Source: Bryobacterales bacterium (GTDB lineage: Bacteria > Acidobacteriota > Terriglobia > Bryobacterales > UBA6623). Taken from it: a DNA stretch of 64,000 nucleotides. The stretch spans positions 41,941-105,940 of the forward strand of contig CBDCHL010000003.1 of NCBI GenBank assembly GCA_965217195.1, written 5' to 3'. The notes under the pieces were generated by a model. It had not been told where the DNA came from, made no database searches, and saw nothing but the letters and a program-made list of their open reading frames with translations. Shown here piece by piece: positions 46,339 to 56,549 of the stretch (positions within the stretch are counted from its first letter, which is position 1; each line of letters opens with the position of its first letter). The position numbers and the translations under genes are program-made.

Positions 46339-46938
46339 ATGTCAGTCGAGTTTGTTCGCAGCGCCGCGGAGTCCCGGCAATTCCCGCGTGACGGCTTGCC
46401 GGAAATCGCCTTCGTCGGGCGCAGTAATGTAGGGAAATCCAGTCTGCTGAACACGCTGTTGCTGAACAGCAAGTTGAAGTCGGGCGAGCCGCCCGCGGCG
46501 CGCAAGCAGCTAGCCTACGTCAGCCGCACACCGGGTCGCACTCAACAGCTCAATTTCTACCGCGTTGATCGATCGTTTTATTTCGTGGACCTGCCCGGCT
46601 ATGGCTATGCCAAAGTTCCCAAGCGTGAAATGGCCCGTTGGCGGCAGTTGGCGGAAAGCTATTTGAGCGACCGTGAAATGTTGCGGCTAACCGTGGTCAT
46701 CGTGGATTCGCGACACGGAGCCAAGGACATGGATCGCCAAATGATCGAGTGGCTGGAGGCCGACAAACGACCCTTCACTATCGTCGCCTCGAAAACTGAC
46801 AAGCTTCGATCATCTGAACGAAAGAAGACTCTGCACGCACTCGAACGAAACTTCCGCCCGGCGCTGCCTTTCTCCGCGAAGACCGGAGAGGGCGTAGCTC
46901 CGCTGTGGAGTTGCATCCGCGAAGCGATCGCCGATTGA
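46339..46938 (+). CDS. engB: ribosome-biogenesis GTPase EngB/YsxC
   Basis: G1 motif [26 protein letters not shown] and SKTDKL. It has a short insertion after G1. Confidence 0.85.
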   Translation: MSVEFVRSAAESRQFPRDGLPEIAFVGRSNVGKSSLLNTLLLNSKLKSGEPPAARKQLAYVSRTPGRTQQLNFYRVDRSFYFVDLPGYGYAKVPKREMARWRQLAESYLSDREMLRLTVVIVDSRHGAKDMDRQMIEWLEADKRPFTIVASKTDKLRSSERKKTLHALERNFRPALPFSAKTGEGVAPLWSCIREAIAD

Positions 46939-46973
46939 TCGGCCTCTCCCCAACAACCCACCCCGAGGAAACT

Positions 46974-48254
46974 ATGCCAACCCACACCCAAGAACAAACG
47001 GCTGCCCTGGACCTGGCGGCCCTCAAGGAGCTGAACATCACGCAGTTGAGCGAACGCGCCAAGGAGCTGGGCGTGGAAGGAACGGCAGGGCTGCGCAAGC
47101 AGGAATTGATCTTCAAAGTTCTGCAAGGACAAGCGGAAAAGAGCGGCTTGATCTTTTCGGAAGGCGTTCTCGAAACGCTGCCGGAGGGTTTCGGTTTCCT
47201 GCGCGCCCCCGAGTACAACTACCTGCCCGGCCCCGACGACATTTACGTCTCGCCGTCACAGATTCGGCGCTTCGACCTGCGCACCGGCGACACGATCTCG
47301 GGCCAGGTGCGTCCCCCAAAAAGCGGCGAGCGCTATTTCGCACTGATCAAAGTCGAGGCCATCAACTTCGAGCCGCCCGAGGCGTCGAAGAACAAGATCT
47401 TCTTCGATAACCTGACGCCGCTCTATCCGGAGGATTGCATTCGCCTTGAGACCGTAAAGGACAACTACAGCGGACGTGTAATGGATCTACTGTCGCCGAT
47501 CGGTAAGGGCCAGCGCGGATTAATCGTTTCGCCGCCGCGAACCGGCAAAACGATGCTGCTGCAATCGATCGCCAATTCGGTCACTGCTAACCAGGCCGAG
47601 GTCATATTGATCGTGCTGCTGATCGACGAGCGGCCCGAGGAAGTGACCGACATGCAGCGCTCGGTCAAAGGCGAGGTGATTAGTTCGACATTCGACGAGC
47701 CGGCGACACGTCACGTCCAGGTCGCCGAGATGGTCATCGAGAAGGCCAAGCGCTTAGTCGAGCACAAACGCGACGTTGTGATCTTGCTCGACTCGATCAC
47801 ACGACTGGCACGCGCCTACAACACGATCGTGCCGCCATCGGGAAAGATACTCTCCGGCGGTGTGGATTCGAACGCCCTACAGCGCCCGAAGCGTTTCTTC
47901 GGAGCTGCCCGCAACATCGAGGAAGGCGGCTCGCTGACGATCGTCGCCACGGCGCTGATCGACACAGGAAGCCGCATGGACGACATTATCTTCGAGGAAT
48001 TCAAGGGCACCGGCAATATGGAGATCCACCTCGATCGCAAGATGGTCGACAAGCGTGTCTTTCCGGCGATCGACATCAATCGCAGCGGCACCAGAAAAGA
48101 GGAATTGCTGTTGTCGAAAGAAGACCTCAATCGCGTTTGGGTGCTGCGAAAGGTGCTCAGCCAAATGGCCCCCGCCGATACGATGGAGCTGCTGCTCAAC
48201 AAGATGAGCAAGACGCGCAGCAACGCGGAGTTTCTGGGGGCGATGACGGACTAG
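46974..48254 (+). CDS. rho: transcription termination factor Rho
   Basis: ATG 46974. [45 protein letters not shown] and [19 protein letters not shown]. Confidence 0.95.
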   Translation: MPTHTQEQTAALDLAALKELNITQLSERAKELGVEGTAGLRKQELIFKVLQGQAEKSGLIFSEGVLETLPEGFGFLRAPEYNYLPGPDDIYVSPSQIRRFDLRTGDTISGQVRPPKSGERYFALIKVEAINFEPPEASKNKIFFDNLTPLYPEDCIRLETVKDNYSGRVMDLLSPIGKGQRGLIVSPPRTGKTMLLQSIANSVTANQAEVILIVLLIDERPEEVTDMQRSVKGEVISSTFDEPATRHVQVAEMVIEKAKRLVEHKRDVVILLDSITRLARAYNTIVPPSGKILSGGVDSNALQRPKRFFGAARNIEEGGSLTIVATALIDTGSRMDDIIFEEFKGTGNMEIHLDRKMVDKRVFPAIDINRSGTRKEELLLSKEDLNRVWVLRKVLSQMAPADTMELLLNKMSKTRSNAEFLGAMTD

Positions 48255-48274
48255 GGTCCTACGTCGGGCCGGGC

Positions 48275-49528
48275 CTATCGAAATGTGGGCTCCAGCTTCC
48301 CCTCTCGCACGATCGTACGGCTCACAACTTCGACGGTGGCATCGGGAAAGAAGAACCACCGCGTGAACCCGCCGGTCACTCTACCGCCGAGTTCGGTATT
48401 GTCCCCCAGGCTGAGCCGCACCACCCCCGCGCCGTAGCCGAAGTAGGGGATGACTTCGCTATTGGGGTCGACGGTGAGCGCGGGATGGAAACCCAAGCCG
48501 AACTCCCGAAACTTCCGCGCGGCTGCTCCGTTTCGTTTCAAGTAATCTTCCACGGCCCGCTCGTTTTCCTCAGCGGTCACAGCGATCATCTGCCCGCGCC
48601 GAAACCGCAGCTGAACGCCGCGCGCAACCGCTCCGTCAAAACGAGCTTCGGGGATCACGATCACGCCTTCCACTGACTCCTCGACCGGCGCTACTCGCAG
48701 CACGCCGGCAGGTAGTTCAATTTCGCGGTCAATAGGAGTCTTGGCCGAAAGCATGCGAATCGCGGAGGCGTCACCGTCCTGCTTGTTGAACGGGCGCGTC
48801 CCGACGCGAAAGCGCAGATCCGTGCCGGCCGGAGTTCGAACACGCGCCGTTCCCAACCGTAGCAAGTGAATCACAGCATCTTGCGCGCGCGAGAGCGCCT
48901 GGCCGTCGACGTCCAAAGCTCGTTGGTAGATTTCATCGAGCGCCCCGCCATGTTCCCCGGCCAGCCCGTCGGCTCGGACGCTCCCTCGTGCCCAATGGAA
49001 ATGGATCTGACGCCGCCTGCCGCCTTTGTCCAGCCACTCGCGCAGAAGGGCGGCCTCGACGGGCGGAGTCTCCACGACGCCGACCCTTTCCGGAAGTTGG
49101 ATGTAAATGTCGGCGGCACGCAAGAGCCGTTCGAATTGCGGCGCCTGAGGACGTCCGGCTTCGGGGTCGAACGCCGCACCGCCGCTGGGGCGGTATTCAA
49201 GGTCGGTGACACGGCCTGTCCCGGCGGCCAACAAGCGCTTTCTCAACACGGGCAGCAGCTCTTGGAAGTAACCCGGATCGTAGCGGACAATGACTTCCTC
49301 GCCGCCCCGCGGCTTGAGTGAATCGACGATTTTGTCGGCCATCTCGGAATAATCGAGCTGCGCGGCCTGGAGCGATACGGCTGCGACGGCCGCCAACACA
49401 CCCAAAGCCGCAGCCCGAAAGTGAAAGCATCGGCCCGGCTGAACGGCATGTATGAAGTTCACCAGCGTCACGGCGGTGCAAACATTGTACCCGCGTAGGC
49501 GCCCGAGATACGAAAGCACACACAGCAT
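48275..49528 (-). CDS. M29 (aminopeptidase T)-like protein
   Basis: The architecture resembles M29 (RVRTPAGTDLRFRVG..., ELPAGVLRVAPVEESVEGVIV, REFGLGFHPAL, VRLSLGDN). I could not verify the metal ligands. Confidence 0.5.
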   Translation of the reverse strand: MLCVLSYLGRLRGYNVCTAVTLVNFIHAVQPGRCFHFRAAALGVLAAVAAVSLQAAQLDYSEMADKIVDSLKPRGGEEVIVRYDPGYFQELLPVLRKRLLAAGTGRVTDLEYRPSGGAAFDPEAGRPQAPQFERLLRAADIYIQLPERVGVVETPPVEAALLREWLDKGGRRRQIHFHWARGSVRADGLAGEHGGALDEIYQRALDVDGQALSRAQDAVIHLLRLGTARVRTPAGTDLRFRVGTRPFNKQDGDASAIRMLSAKTPIDREIELPAGVLRVAPVEESVEGVIVIPEARFDGAVARGVQLRFRRGQMIAVTAEENERAVEDYLKRNGAAARKFREFGLGFHPALTVDPNSEVIPYFGYGAGVVRLSLGDNTELGGRVTGGFTRWFFFPDATVEVVSRTIVREGKLEPTFR

Positions 49529-49569
49529 GCAAGAGCACGACGATTTCGCGATGCTACAATTCCCTTGAT

Positions 49570-50268
49570 ATGTTCACAACGGAGTGTCCTCGCTGCGGCC
49601 GCGAACTCGATGTCGGCGAAACGGAATGTCGCTACTGCGCGGCAGCCGACGAGCCAAGAACTCCCGCCGCCGCGCCCTCCCCGCCACCGCGCAAAGCGCG
49701 TCCCGCTTCGCCGCCGCGCCCCAGACCGGCGGCGCCGGCTGACTCGGCGCCGCGATCCGTTCCTCGGCCGCGCCCGCGGCGTACTGCCCGCAAAGCAGCC
49801 TGGAGCGTTCCGCCGGTGTTCCTGTGGGTCTTGGCGGCGTTTCTGTTGGGTGTTGTCGGGACGGCCCTATATCACACCAACAGCGAGTGGTTCGGAGCGT
49901 CGAAAGTCACCCTGGAAGACGTAGCAGAAGAAATCATCGGAGTGCCATCCGCCATCGATGGAGATTTGGAGATCGCCGGGCTGCGCACTTGGTGGGATCT
50001 CGAAACTGAAACCATTCGCGTGCGGGCGGTCGTTATCAATCACGGCGACGTCCCCCGTCGGGGTGACTACAAGGTTCATCTTCGCTCGGTCAACAGCCGC
50101 CCTTCGGCCGCCGCCGTTGCCGGGTTCGATCTTCGGATTACCGACGCGCTGGCTCCCCGCGAGGCCCGGGATGTCGAAGTGGAACTAATGTCGCTGGCCC
50201 ATCCCTCCGCACTCCCCGCCTGGACCGAGCAGCGTATCGAGTTGGAGGAGCTGATCCCGGCGCCGTGA
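49570..50268 (+). CDS. zinc-ribbon / proline-rich / single-TM protein, unknown function
   Basis: N-terminal CPRCGRELDVGETECRYC, a Pro/Arg-rich linker, TM segment VFLWVLAAFLLGVVGTALY, and a C-terminal ~130-aa domain. Confidence 0.55.
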   Translation: MFTTECPRCGRELDVGETECRYCAAADEPRTPAAAPSPPPRKARPASPPRPRPAAPADSAPRSVPRPRPRRTARKAAWSVPPVFLWVLAAFLLGVVGTALYHTNSEWFGASKVTLEDVAEEIIGVPSAIDGDLEIAGLRTWWDLETETIRVRAVVINHGDVPRRGDYKVHLRSVNSRPSAAAVAGFDLRITDALAPREARDVEVELMSLAHPSALPAWTEQRIELEELIPAP

Positions 50269-50309
50269 CGCGACTTCCGCATCGCATAAGAGCGATCGGC
50301 CGATCAGGG

Positions 50310-50582
50310 GTGTGCGACATCAGTGTGGGAGCAATGCGGGCAATAGAAACAGAGGCGTGGACGGAAGTCCACGCTCAGCCGGGTTGATCGTCGGTTCAGC
50401 GGGCTTGCGTTGCAAATAGGCCGGCCCTTCGAGGGCCGGTTTAGAGGGCTCTTCGTCCGCGACGAGGCCGTTTCAACGGCCTTTGCCCGCAAGGCTTTAG
50501 CCATGGCCGAACCAAGAGAGAATTGCAGCCGGGGAAACGCTTAGGGCCCTGGCCACCGATTCTCCCATATTCATGTCGCGCC
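50310..50582 (+). mobile_element. MITE-like element family 1, copy B (complete, with flanking direct repeat)
   Basis: Termini are GTGTGCGACATCAGTGTGGGAG and CTCCCATATTCATGTCGCGCC. It is flanked by GCCGATCAGGG at 50299-50309 and 50583-50593. There is no ORF with coding character. Confidence 0.75.
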
Positions 50583-50664
50583 GCCGATCAGGGTCGGTCC
50601 CGTGGCCGACGACGTTCGCGCTAAACTAACCGGCAACGAAACTCACTGACAGGAGAAATCCGCC

Positions 50665-51120
50665 ATGAAGCGACTCGCCTTTCTTTTGATCGTCGTCTTG
50701 ATCCCGTCCGCCCTCGCCGATCAGCACGCCACCTATTGGCCGAAGGATAAATTGGCGGGATACGCCGACGCCCTGAACGGCGAGCTGGAAGACAACGTTG
50801 CGATTGATCGACTGGGAGAATTCGGCAGCCACTTCGCCCTGATGGTCCATCGCACCGGCACCGGGACATCAGAATCCCACGATACCGACACCGACTTCTA
50901 CGTAGTCCAAGCCGGCCAAGCAACACTACATGTCGGCGGGGAAATCATGGACCCGAAGACGGTCAGCCCCGGTGAAGTCCGCGGGACGTCAATCAAGGGC
51001 GGCAAGACAATGAAGCTCAAAGCCGGCGATACCGTGAACATTCCCCCCACGACGCCCCACCACGTCGTGGTTGCGCCGGGCGAGTCGATCACTTACCTGA
51101 TCGTGAAGATTCACAAGTAG
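50665..51120 (+). CDS. secreted cupin-domain protein
   Basis: Signal MKRLAFLLIVVLIPSALA. Cupin-like HDTDTDFYVVQAGQATLHVGG...GDTVNIPPTTPHHV. Confidence 0.7.
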   Translation: MKRLAFLLIVVLIPSALADQHATYWPKDKLAGYADALNGELEDNVAIDRLGEFGSHFALMVHRTGTGTSESHDTDTDFYVVQAGQATLHVGGEIMDPKTVSPGEVRGTSIKGGKTMKLKAGDTVNIPPTTPHHVVVAPGESITYLIVKIHK

Positions 51121-51167
51121 AAGTCGCTTGGTCGACTCGGAAGTGTAGGCCGGCTGCGTGGACCGCC

Positions 51168-51801
51168 ATGAGATGGAAGCCCATGCATCGCAATCTGATG
51201 CGCAAAGCGTTATGGCTTCTAGCCGCGGTCACGAGCGCCCTGCCCTTCGCGGCCGAGTCGCCGCTGCGAGCCTCTGTTTCCACGAGTTCTCGCCGAAAAA
51301 GCCGGAGCGGCCGACGGTGGATACCTCGATCGGATCAACCGGCTTGCGTCCCCCGGCGTTACCGCATCGGGCGACGTGATGACGATGGTCTTGGTCCCCC
51401 GCGAAGCCTCGGTTTCGAACACCGAGGCAAGGCTTGTCGAATCTGCATCGCTGGTAGAGGACCGCGTCGTCCTGCTCTTTTTCGAAGAGCATCCCGAGGG
51501 ATATACCGCACTCAGCGCAAAGGTCGTTGAGCAATTCGCGGAAGCGGGCGCGGCGGCCGTTGTTGTTCTCAATGCCGAGGTCGAGTCAGGTCGATTCGAC
51601 ATACCTGTGTTCCACACCCACAAAGCGTCGGCCGGTATCGGCTTGGACGACTACTATTTCGTGGGTCCGCGGATGCCGTATGTCTGGTACGGCGTGGAAG
51701 CACGCATTGATGCGGCCGGATTCGCCGCGGTGGATGAAGACGGTGTTTTCTTCGTCGGTCAGGACCACAGAGCGGAGTTGCTCCAGGCCTGCTCCAAGTG
51801 A
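51168..51801 (+). pseudogene. signal-peptide protein with PA-domain-like region, needs at least one frameshift
   Basis: The signal peptide (MHRNLMRKALWLLAAVTSALPFAAE) is in the frame of ATG 51168, which then turns Arg-rich. The protein-like continuation (…LAEKAGAADGGYLDRINRLASPGVTASGDVMTMVLVP…AEAGAAAVVVLNAE…) is in another frame that is open from 51223. Confidence 0.45.
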
Positions 51802-51881
51802 GAACGCAGGATCACACGCCCCGCTTTCATAACCGGCACTCGATTTGAAGGGAGCAGACCTGTCTCTGCCGCCGGTCCAAT

Positions 51882-52343
51882 CTAACTCAGCGACAGACGC
51901 GTTCGATGCCATCGCGCGAAGACGATCAAGAATGTAGCCAGCACCAGATGGAAAACGATCGGAATCGTGCCGCCGAACCAGCGCGTCTCCGGCCGTAGGA
52001 TCATTTGCGTGATGTAGCGCACGACCATCCCGCCGAAGTACACGTACCCAAAGTAGAGAACGCCCCGCGCGAAAAGGGGGCGACTTTCAACAAACCATCC
52101 TCCACCCCGCGTGAAGTCAAGGCAGACTTTCACGCACACCGCAATAATCACAAACTGCGAAGGCAGCAGATAAGGGTAGGGCATCAACCCCGACATCCAC
52201 TCGCTCATCGGCGGCAACCAGGTTACAGCCCCCAAAACTACGAGCATCTGCCCTACGACGCGCGCCACAAACGCCCCCGTCAACAACCACAACAGCGGCG
52301 CAAGACGTTGGGGCGGCGGCGGGTCTTTCGGCATCGGCGTCAA
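51882..52343 (-). CDS. integral membrane protein, unknown family
   Basis: 153 aa with four hydrophobic helices. Confidence 0.55.
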   Translation of the reverse strand: MTPMPKDPPPPQRLAPLLWLLTGAFVARVVGQMLVVLGAVTWLPPMSEWMSGLMPYPYLLPSQFVIIAVCVKVCLDFTRGGGWFVESRPLFARGVLYFGYVYFGGMVVRYITQMILRPETRWFGGTIPIVFHLVLATFLIVFARWHRTRLSLS

Positions 52344-52532
52344 CTCCGGGCGGCCGCTTGAGCCGAGAAGCGGCGGCAGAAATGCAGCCCAGGGTGGAGG
52401 GAGGTGGGGCGAAACCCTGGGTGGGCCTCACACCCGCATGAGCCCTGAAAGGGCGCCACAACCGCCCCGGCACCTGCTTTCATGGCGACATCAGGATTGC
52501 CGCGTGTCCCTAGAAACGGTCGCGATGCCGGC

Positions 52533-54074
52533 CTACCGCTCGATGCCGAAGCAATAGAGCGTACCGTCGAACGTAGGAATGTAAACGCGTCCGTTGGCGA
52601 GTGAAAGGCCGCTCCAATGGCTCCACGAAGTGATTTGGTCGCCGCTCGACCACAGCTCCTCGCCGGTGCGGGCGTCCAAGGCAAACAGCACGGCATTGGT
52701 CGACCCGGCGATGCGATCCTTACTGAGATTAGTTAGGCCTAAATCGGGAAGCGCCTGGTGCGTGTCTTCGCCGTTGCCGTAGGCGAAGACCAGGCCGTTC
52801 GCGATCACAGGCGGCTCGGCGCGGTTCATGTTGCGCGAGATCCAGGCAGGCGCGAGCCACGTCTTGCCGTCCTTCTCTTCCACCTTGAACGCCGCGATCG
52901 CGCCGTCAATCACCTCGCCGTGCTCGATAGGCGCGCTGAAGGCCGAATGCTTGGGTCCCCAGAAAGGCGTCAACACCCAGCGAGTATCATCATCCAACCA
53001 AGTCGCCATCGCGCCCCAGATGCCGGCCGAGGCGAAGTTGACTTCTTCGTTGCAAATCAGAGGACTACGGTACGAGGGCGTGCGATGATCGTCGCCGCCG
53101 ATGGAATGGGTGTCCATGAGATAAATGACGCATTCCTTGCCGGCGTCGACCATGAGCTCCCTGTCCTTGTAGTCGAAGATCGCCGGGGTCACTTGCATAT
53201 CGAGGTCGCGCTTGAATAGCCACTCGGCATTCGAAGGGCCGTAGTAGTCGACGAGCAACATCTCCTTGCTAGCGGGATCTAGTTGAACCCCGATGATGCC
53301 GTTGCCGTAGACGCCGTTTTCCGGATCCCAGACGCCGTCGCCGGTTCCGGTGTAGATCGTGCCGTTGGAACTGATCGCGGGACCCGTGCGCCCCCACATG
53401 CCACCCCCCGCCGGCCCCCAGCTGCCGACCTTGTCGGTAGCGAGATGGTAGGAGTACACCATGTTGGGGTTGCCACCGCAGCTTTGCGCGGTGTGGGTGT
53501 AGACGACGTTCTCGAACAGACTCAGGGCGTACGGCTTACCGTTGGGCGGCATGAAGTTCGCCGGCGGCGCGATGTCTTCGCCGTCGGCGACGTTGAGGCG
53601 CCGCAACCGCCCGTCCCACGAAGCGACATAGATCGTGTACTTGCCTGGGGTATCCGTGGGACCGATGACGGGCGTTGCGGTAAGTCCGCCGGGGCAAAGT
53701 ACGTTCGTGCGTGCGTCGGGCGACGGGTCCCAATTTCTCTGAAATTTCTTTTCCCAAATCAGCTTGCCGGTCTCGACGTCGATGGCATAGAGGTTGTCGG
53801 ATACGCCGGCAATGACCGCGATCTCCTTGGGCCCCTCGGCAGTCTGGACGCCCTCGACGATCAACGGGGCGAAGAACGAATGCATCTCGCGGGGCTTGTT
53901 ATCGAGCTTTATCTTCCACAGCAGCTTCGTCTCGCCCACACTCGCCTTGGTGAAGATCGTTTCATCCCGCTGCCACGCGGTTCGCTTGGTGTCGCTCCCG
54001 TCGGTCAACCAATCGGCGCCCCAAACCGGCATCGAACCGACGACAATCAAGGTCAGGATCAACAATACTCTCAT
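52533..54074 (-). CDS. secreted PQQ-like beta-propeller repeat protein
   Basis: 513 aa with a signal peptide. N-terminal [18 protein letters not shown]...[13 protein letters not shown] and C-terminal [16 protein letters not shown]. Confidence 0.8.
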   Translation of the reverse strand: MRVLLILTLIVVGSMPVWGADWLTDGSDTKRTAWQRDETIFTKASVGETKLLWKIKLDNKPREMHSFFAPLIVEGVQTAEGPKEIAVIAGVSDNLYAIDVETGKLIWEKKFQRNWDPSPDARTNVLCPGGLTATPVIGPTDTPGKYTIYVASWDGRLRRLNVADGEDIAPPANFMPPNGKPYALSLFENVVYTHTAQSCGGNPNMVYSYHLATDKVGSWGPAGGGMWGRTGPAISSNGTIYTGTGDGVWDPENGVYGNGIIGVQLDPASKEMLLVDYYGPSNAEWLFKRDLDMQVTPAIFDYKDRELMVDAGKECVIYLMDTHSIGGDDHRTPSYRSPLICNEEVNFASAGIWGAMATWLDDDTRWVLTPFWGPKHSAFSAPIEHGEVIDGAIAAFKVEEKDGKTWLAPAWISRNMNRAEPPVIANGLVFAYGNGEDTHQALPDLGLTNLSKDRIAGSTNAVLFALDARTGEELWSSGDQITSWSHWSGLSLANGRVYIPTFDGTLYCFGIER

Positions 54075-54283
54075 TCAGAACACTCCGCTACGAACAGTAC
54101 CCGTTATCGTACAGCAGCCTCGTCCCGTGGGTAATGTGTTCGTCGAAACAGAGCCACGGCAACCGCCCGCGAGATAACCTATACTCAGCGCGTGCAATCA
54201 GAATGCAGCGTGTCTGAGCTGTCCGTGACGGGCTCAACGCAGAGGCTTCCACGGCAGAGGTTTCGACGCTGGAGGTTCATCGA

Positions 54284-55918
54284 ATGACACGACTCACAGC
54301 TTGGGCCGGGCTGCTCTTTTTGGGCGTTCTTTTCGCCCCGCATCCCGCGCTCTCTCAGTTCGGAACCGATTGGACGACCGCCGGTTTCGACGCACAACGT
54401 TCGTCGTGGGTGCGGCGCGATCCCAAGATTTCCACCGAGAGTGTCAAGGGGCCCGGCTTCAAGATGGTTTGGAAGCACAAACTCGATAACAGTCCTCGCC
54501 ACCTGAACGCACTGACGCCGCCCGCCCTGTTCGACTTCTACATCGGATATCGTGGCTTTCGCTCGTTGGGATTTGTCGGAGGCGGCTCAGGCCGTATTTT
54601 CGTTCTCGACACCGACCTAGCCCGCATGGAGTGGCAGAAGAGCTTCGACTCCGGCTCCGCGGAGGGGACGCTGGACTGCCCAGGCGGGATGACAGCCAAC
54701 CTGACCCGTCCTACACCCGTTGGACTGCCGCTTATCCTCGCCGCTCGCGGCTCGGGTCGCCGCAGCCCGGGTGCGAGCGCGGTCGGCAAGCCGAAAGAGG
54801 GCGCGGTGACGCTGAAGCGCGTTAGGCGACGTCCGGCGCCGCCGCCCGCTGCCCGGGCCGGGGCCAAGTCCGCACGCCGACGCCCGGCGACGAACGTTTA
54901 CGGCGGCAGCGTCCAATACATCTTTGCGTTGGCCGCCGACGGGATGCTCCATGCATACTACGTCTCCAATGGGGAAGAAAAAAAGACTCCGCTGAGGTTT
55001 CTGCCGCCCAACGCCAACGCGCTCGGTTTGATCGTTGTAGACGAGACTGCTTACGTCGCCACGACAGGCGGTTGCGGTGGGGTGGAGGACGGAGTCTGGG
55101 CACTCGACTTGGAGTCGAAGAAGGTCAACACCTGGATGGCGGAGGGCGGAGTTGCCGGGTTCAACGGTCCGGCATTTGGTCCCGGCGGGATGCTCTATGT
55201 GGCGACAGCCGGAGCGGAATCTTCTTCGGTCGTGTCACTCGACCCCAAGACCCTAAAGCAAGCCGGCCGCTATGCGTCAAACGGCGTCAAGTTCACCTCT
55301 TCGCCCGTCGTGATCGACTACCAAGAGAGCGACTTGCTCGCCGTAGCCTCGAACGACGGGCGCATGCGCCTTTTGAGGGGCGCGAGCCTGGGCGAGACGC
55401 AGGCCTACCGGTCGCCGGTGTATTCCGCCGATTTCACGCCGGGAGCGCTGACGGCATGGCGCGACGAGGCCGGCGTCACCTGGGTATTGGTTCCCTCCGG
55501 CGGTACGGCGGCCTCGAGCGTGAACTTCCCGGCTACCAACGGAAAGGTATCGCACGGATCGATCACCGCCTGGAAGGTCACCGACAAAGACGGCGAGCCC
55601 GCTCTCGAGCCGGGATGGGTTTCACGAGACATGGTTTCCCCGCTGCCGCCGATCGTCGTCAACGGAGTGGTGTTCGCGGTTGCAAGCGGCGAGTTCCGCG
55701 GTAGCGACTCCTCGATAGGCGCTGCCGAGCGCGTTCAACGTTCTTCACCGGCCGTGCTGTACGCACTCGATGGCGCCACGGGTAAGGTGCTGTGGGAGAG
55801 TGGCGATTCTATTGCGTCTTTTGCTCACGGTATGGCGATGTCGGCCGGCGGTGGGTACGTGTACCTCGTCACGCACGACGGCACCCTCCACTCCTTTGGC
55901 TTTGCGATGGAGCACTGA
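54284..55918 (+). CDS. secreted PQQ-like beta-propeller repeat protein (paralogue, divergent)
   Basis: 544 aa. DWTTAGFDAQRSSWVRRD...MVWKHKLDNSPRH and GYVYLVTHDGTLHSFG. It also has an Arg/Pro-rich low-complexity insert. Confidence 0.8.
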   Translation: MTRLTAWAGLLFLGVLFAPHPALSQFGTDWTTAGFDAQRSSWVRRDPKISTESVKGPGFKMVWKHKLDNSPRHLNALTPPALFDFYIGYRGFRSLGFVGGGSGRIFVLDTDLARMEWQKSFDSGSAEGTLDCPGGMTANLTRPTPVGLPLILAARGSGRRSPGASAVGKPKEGAVTLKRVRRRPAPPPAARAGAKSARRRPATNVYGGSVQYIFALAADGMLHAYYVSNGEEKKTPLRFLPPNANALGLIVVDETAYVATTGGCGGVEDGVWALDLESKKVNTWMAEGGVAGFNGPAFGPGGMLYVATAGAESSSVVSLDPKTLKQAGRYASNGVKFTSSPVVIDYQESDLLAVASNDGRMRLLRGASLGETQAYRSPVYSADFTPGALTAWRDEAGVTWVLVPSGGTAASSVNFPATNGKVSHGSITAWKVTDKDGEPALEPGWVSRDMVSPLPPIVVNGVVFAVASGEFRGSDSSIGAAERVQRSSPAVLYALDGATGKVLWESGDSIASFAHGMAMSAGGGYVYLVTHDGTLHSFGFAMEH

Positions 55919-55991
55919 AGACCACGACCTCGGATCCAGGCTGTTCTGAGTGCGCTCGGGCGTTGGCACGTCACCAAACACCTAGAGGAAA

Positions 55992-56549
55992 ATGAGGAAT
56001 ACGCTACTGACAGTGCCCACGACCCGCTGGAAGACCCCTTCGCCGCGCCGAGTATCCTGCCTTTGGCTCCGCCGTGCCGCGGCGGCCATCGTCGTGCCGG
56101 CACTCACCGTCGGGGCGTACGCCGAACTCCCTGACGGCCCCGGAAAGGCAAAGGTCGAGAAGCTTTGCGTCGGGTGCCACGAGATCGGCAAATCGGTATC
56201 CCTACGTCAAGACAAGGACGGTTGGAGCACAACGCTCGCCAAGATGATCGGTTTCGGCCTGAAAGCCGGCGAGACGGAACTCCGCACCGTCATCGACTAC
56301 CTCGGTCGGCATTATCCCGCTGACGCGTTGCCTCCGCTGAACGTCAACAAAGCCAGGGCGATTCAGTTCGAGAGCCGGTTGTCGCTGAAGCGCTCCGAAG
56401 CCGCCAAGATCATTCGCTATCGCAAGAAAAACGGCGACTTCAAATCAATAGAAGACCTCAGGAAAGTCCCCGGCGTCGACATCGCGAAAATCGAAGCTAA
56501 GCAGGACAGCCTCGTTTTCTTAACCGACCAAACCGAGCCGCGACCATAA
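55992..56549 (+). CDS. c-type cytochrome domain fused to a ComEA-like helix-hairpin-helix domain
   Basis: A single CVGCH haem motif is followed by RQDKDGWSTTLAKM. The C-terminal LKRSEAAKIIRYRKKNGDFKSIEDLRKVPGVDIAKIE is HhH-like. Confidence 0.7.
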   Translation: MRNTLLTVPTTRWKTPSPRRVSCLWLRRAAAAIVVPALTVGAYAELPDGPGKAKVEKLCVGCHEIGKSVSLRQDKDGWSTTLAKMIGFGLKAGETELRTVIDYLGRHYPADALPPLNVNKARAIQFESRLSLKRSEAAKIIRYRKKNGDFKSIEDLRKVPGVDIAKIEAKQDSLVFLTDQTEPRP

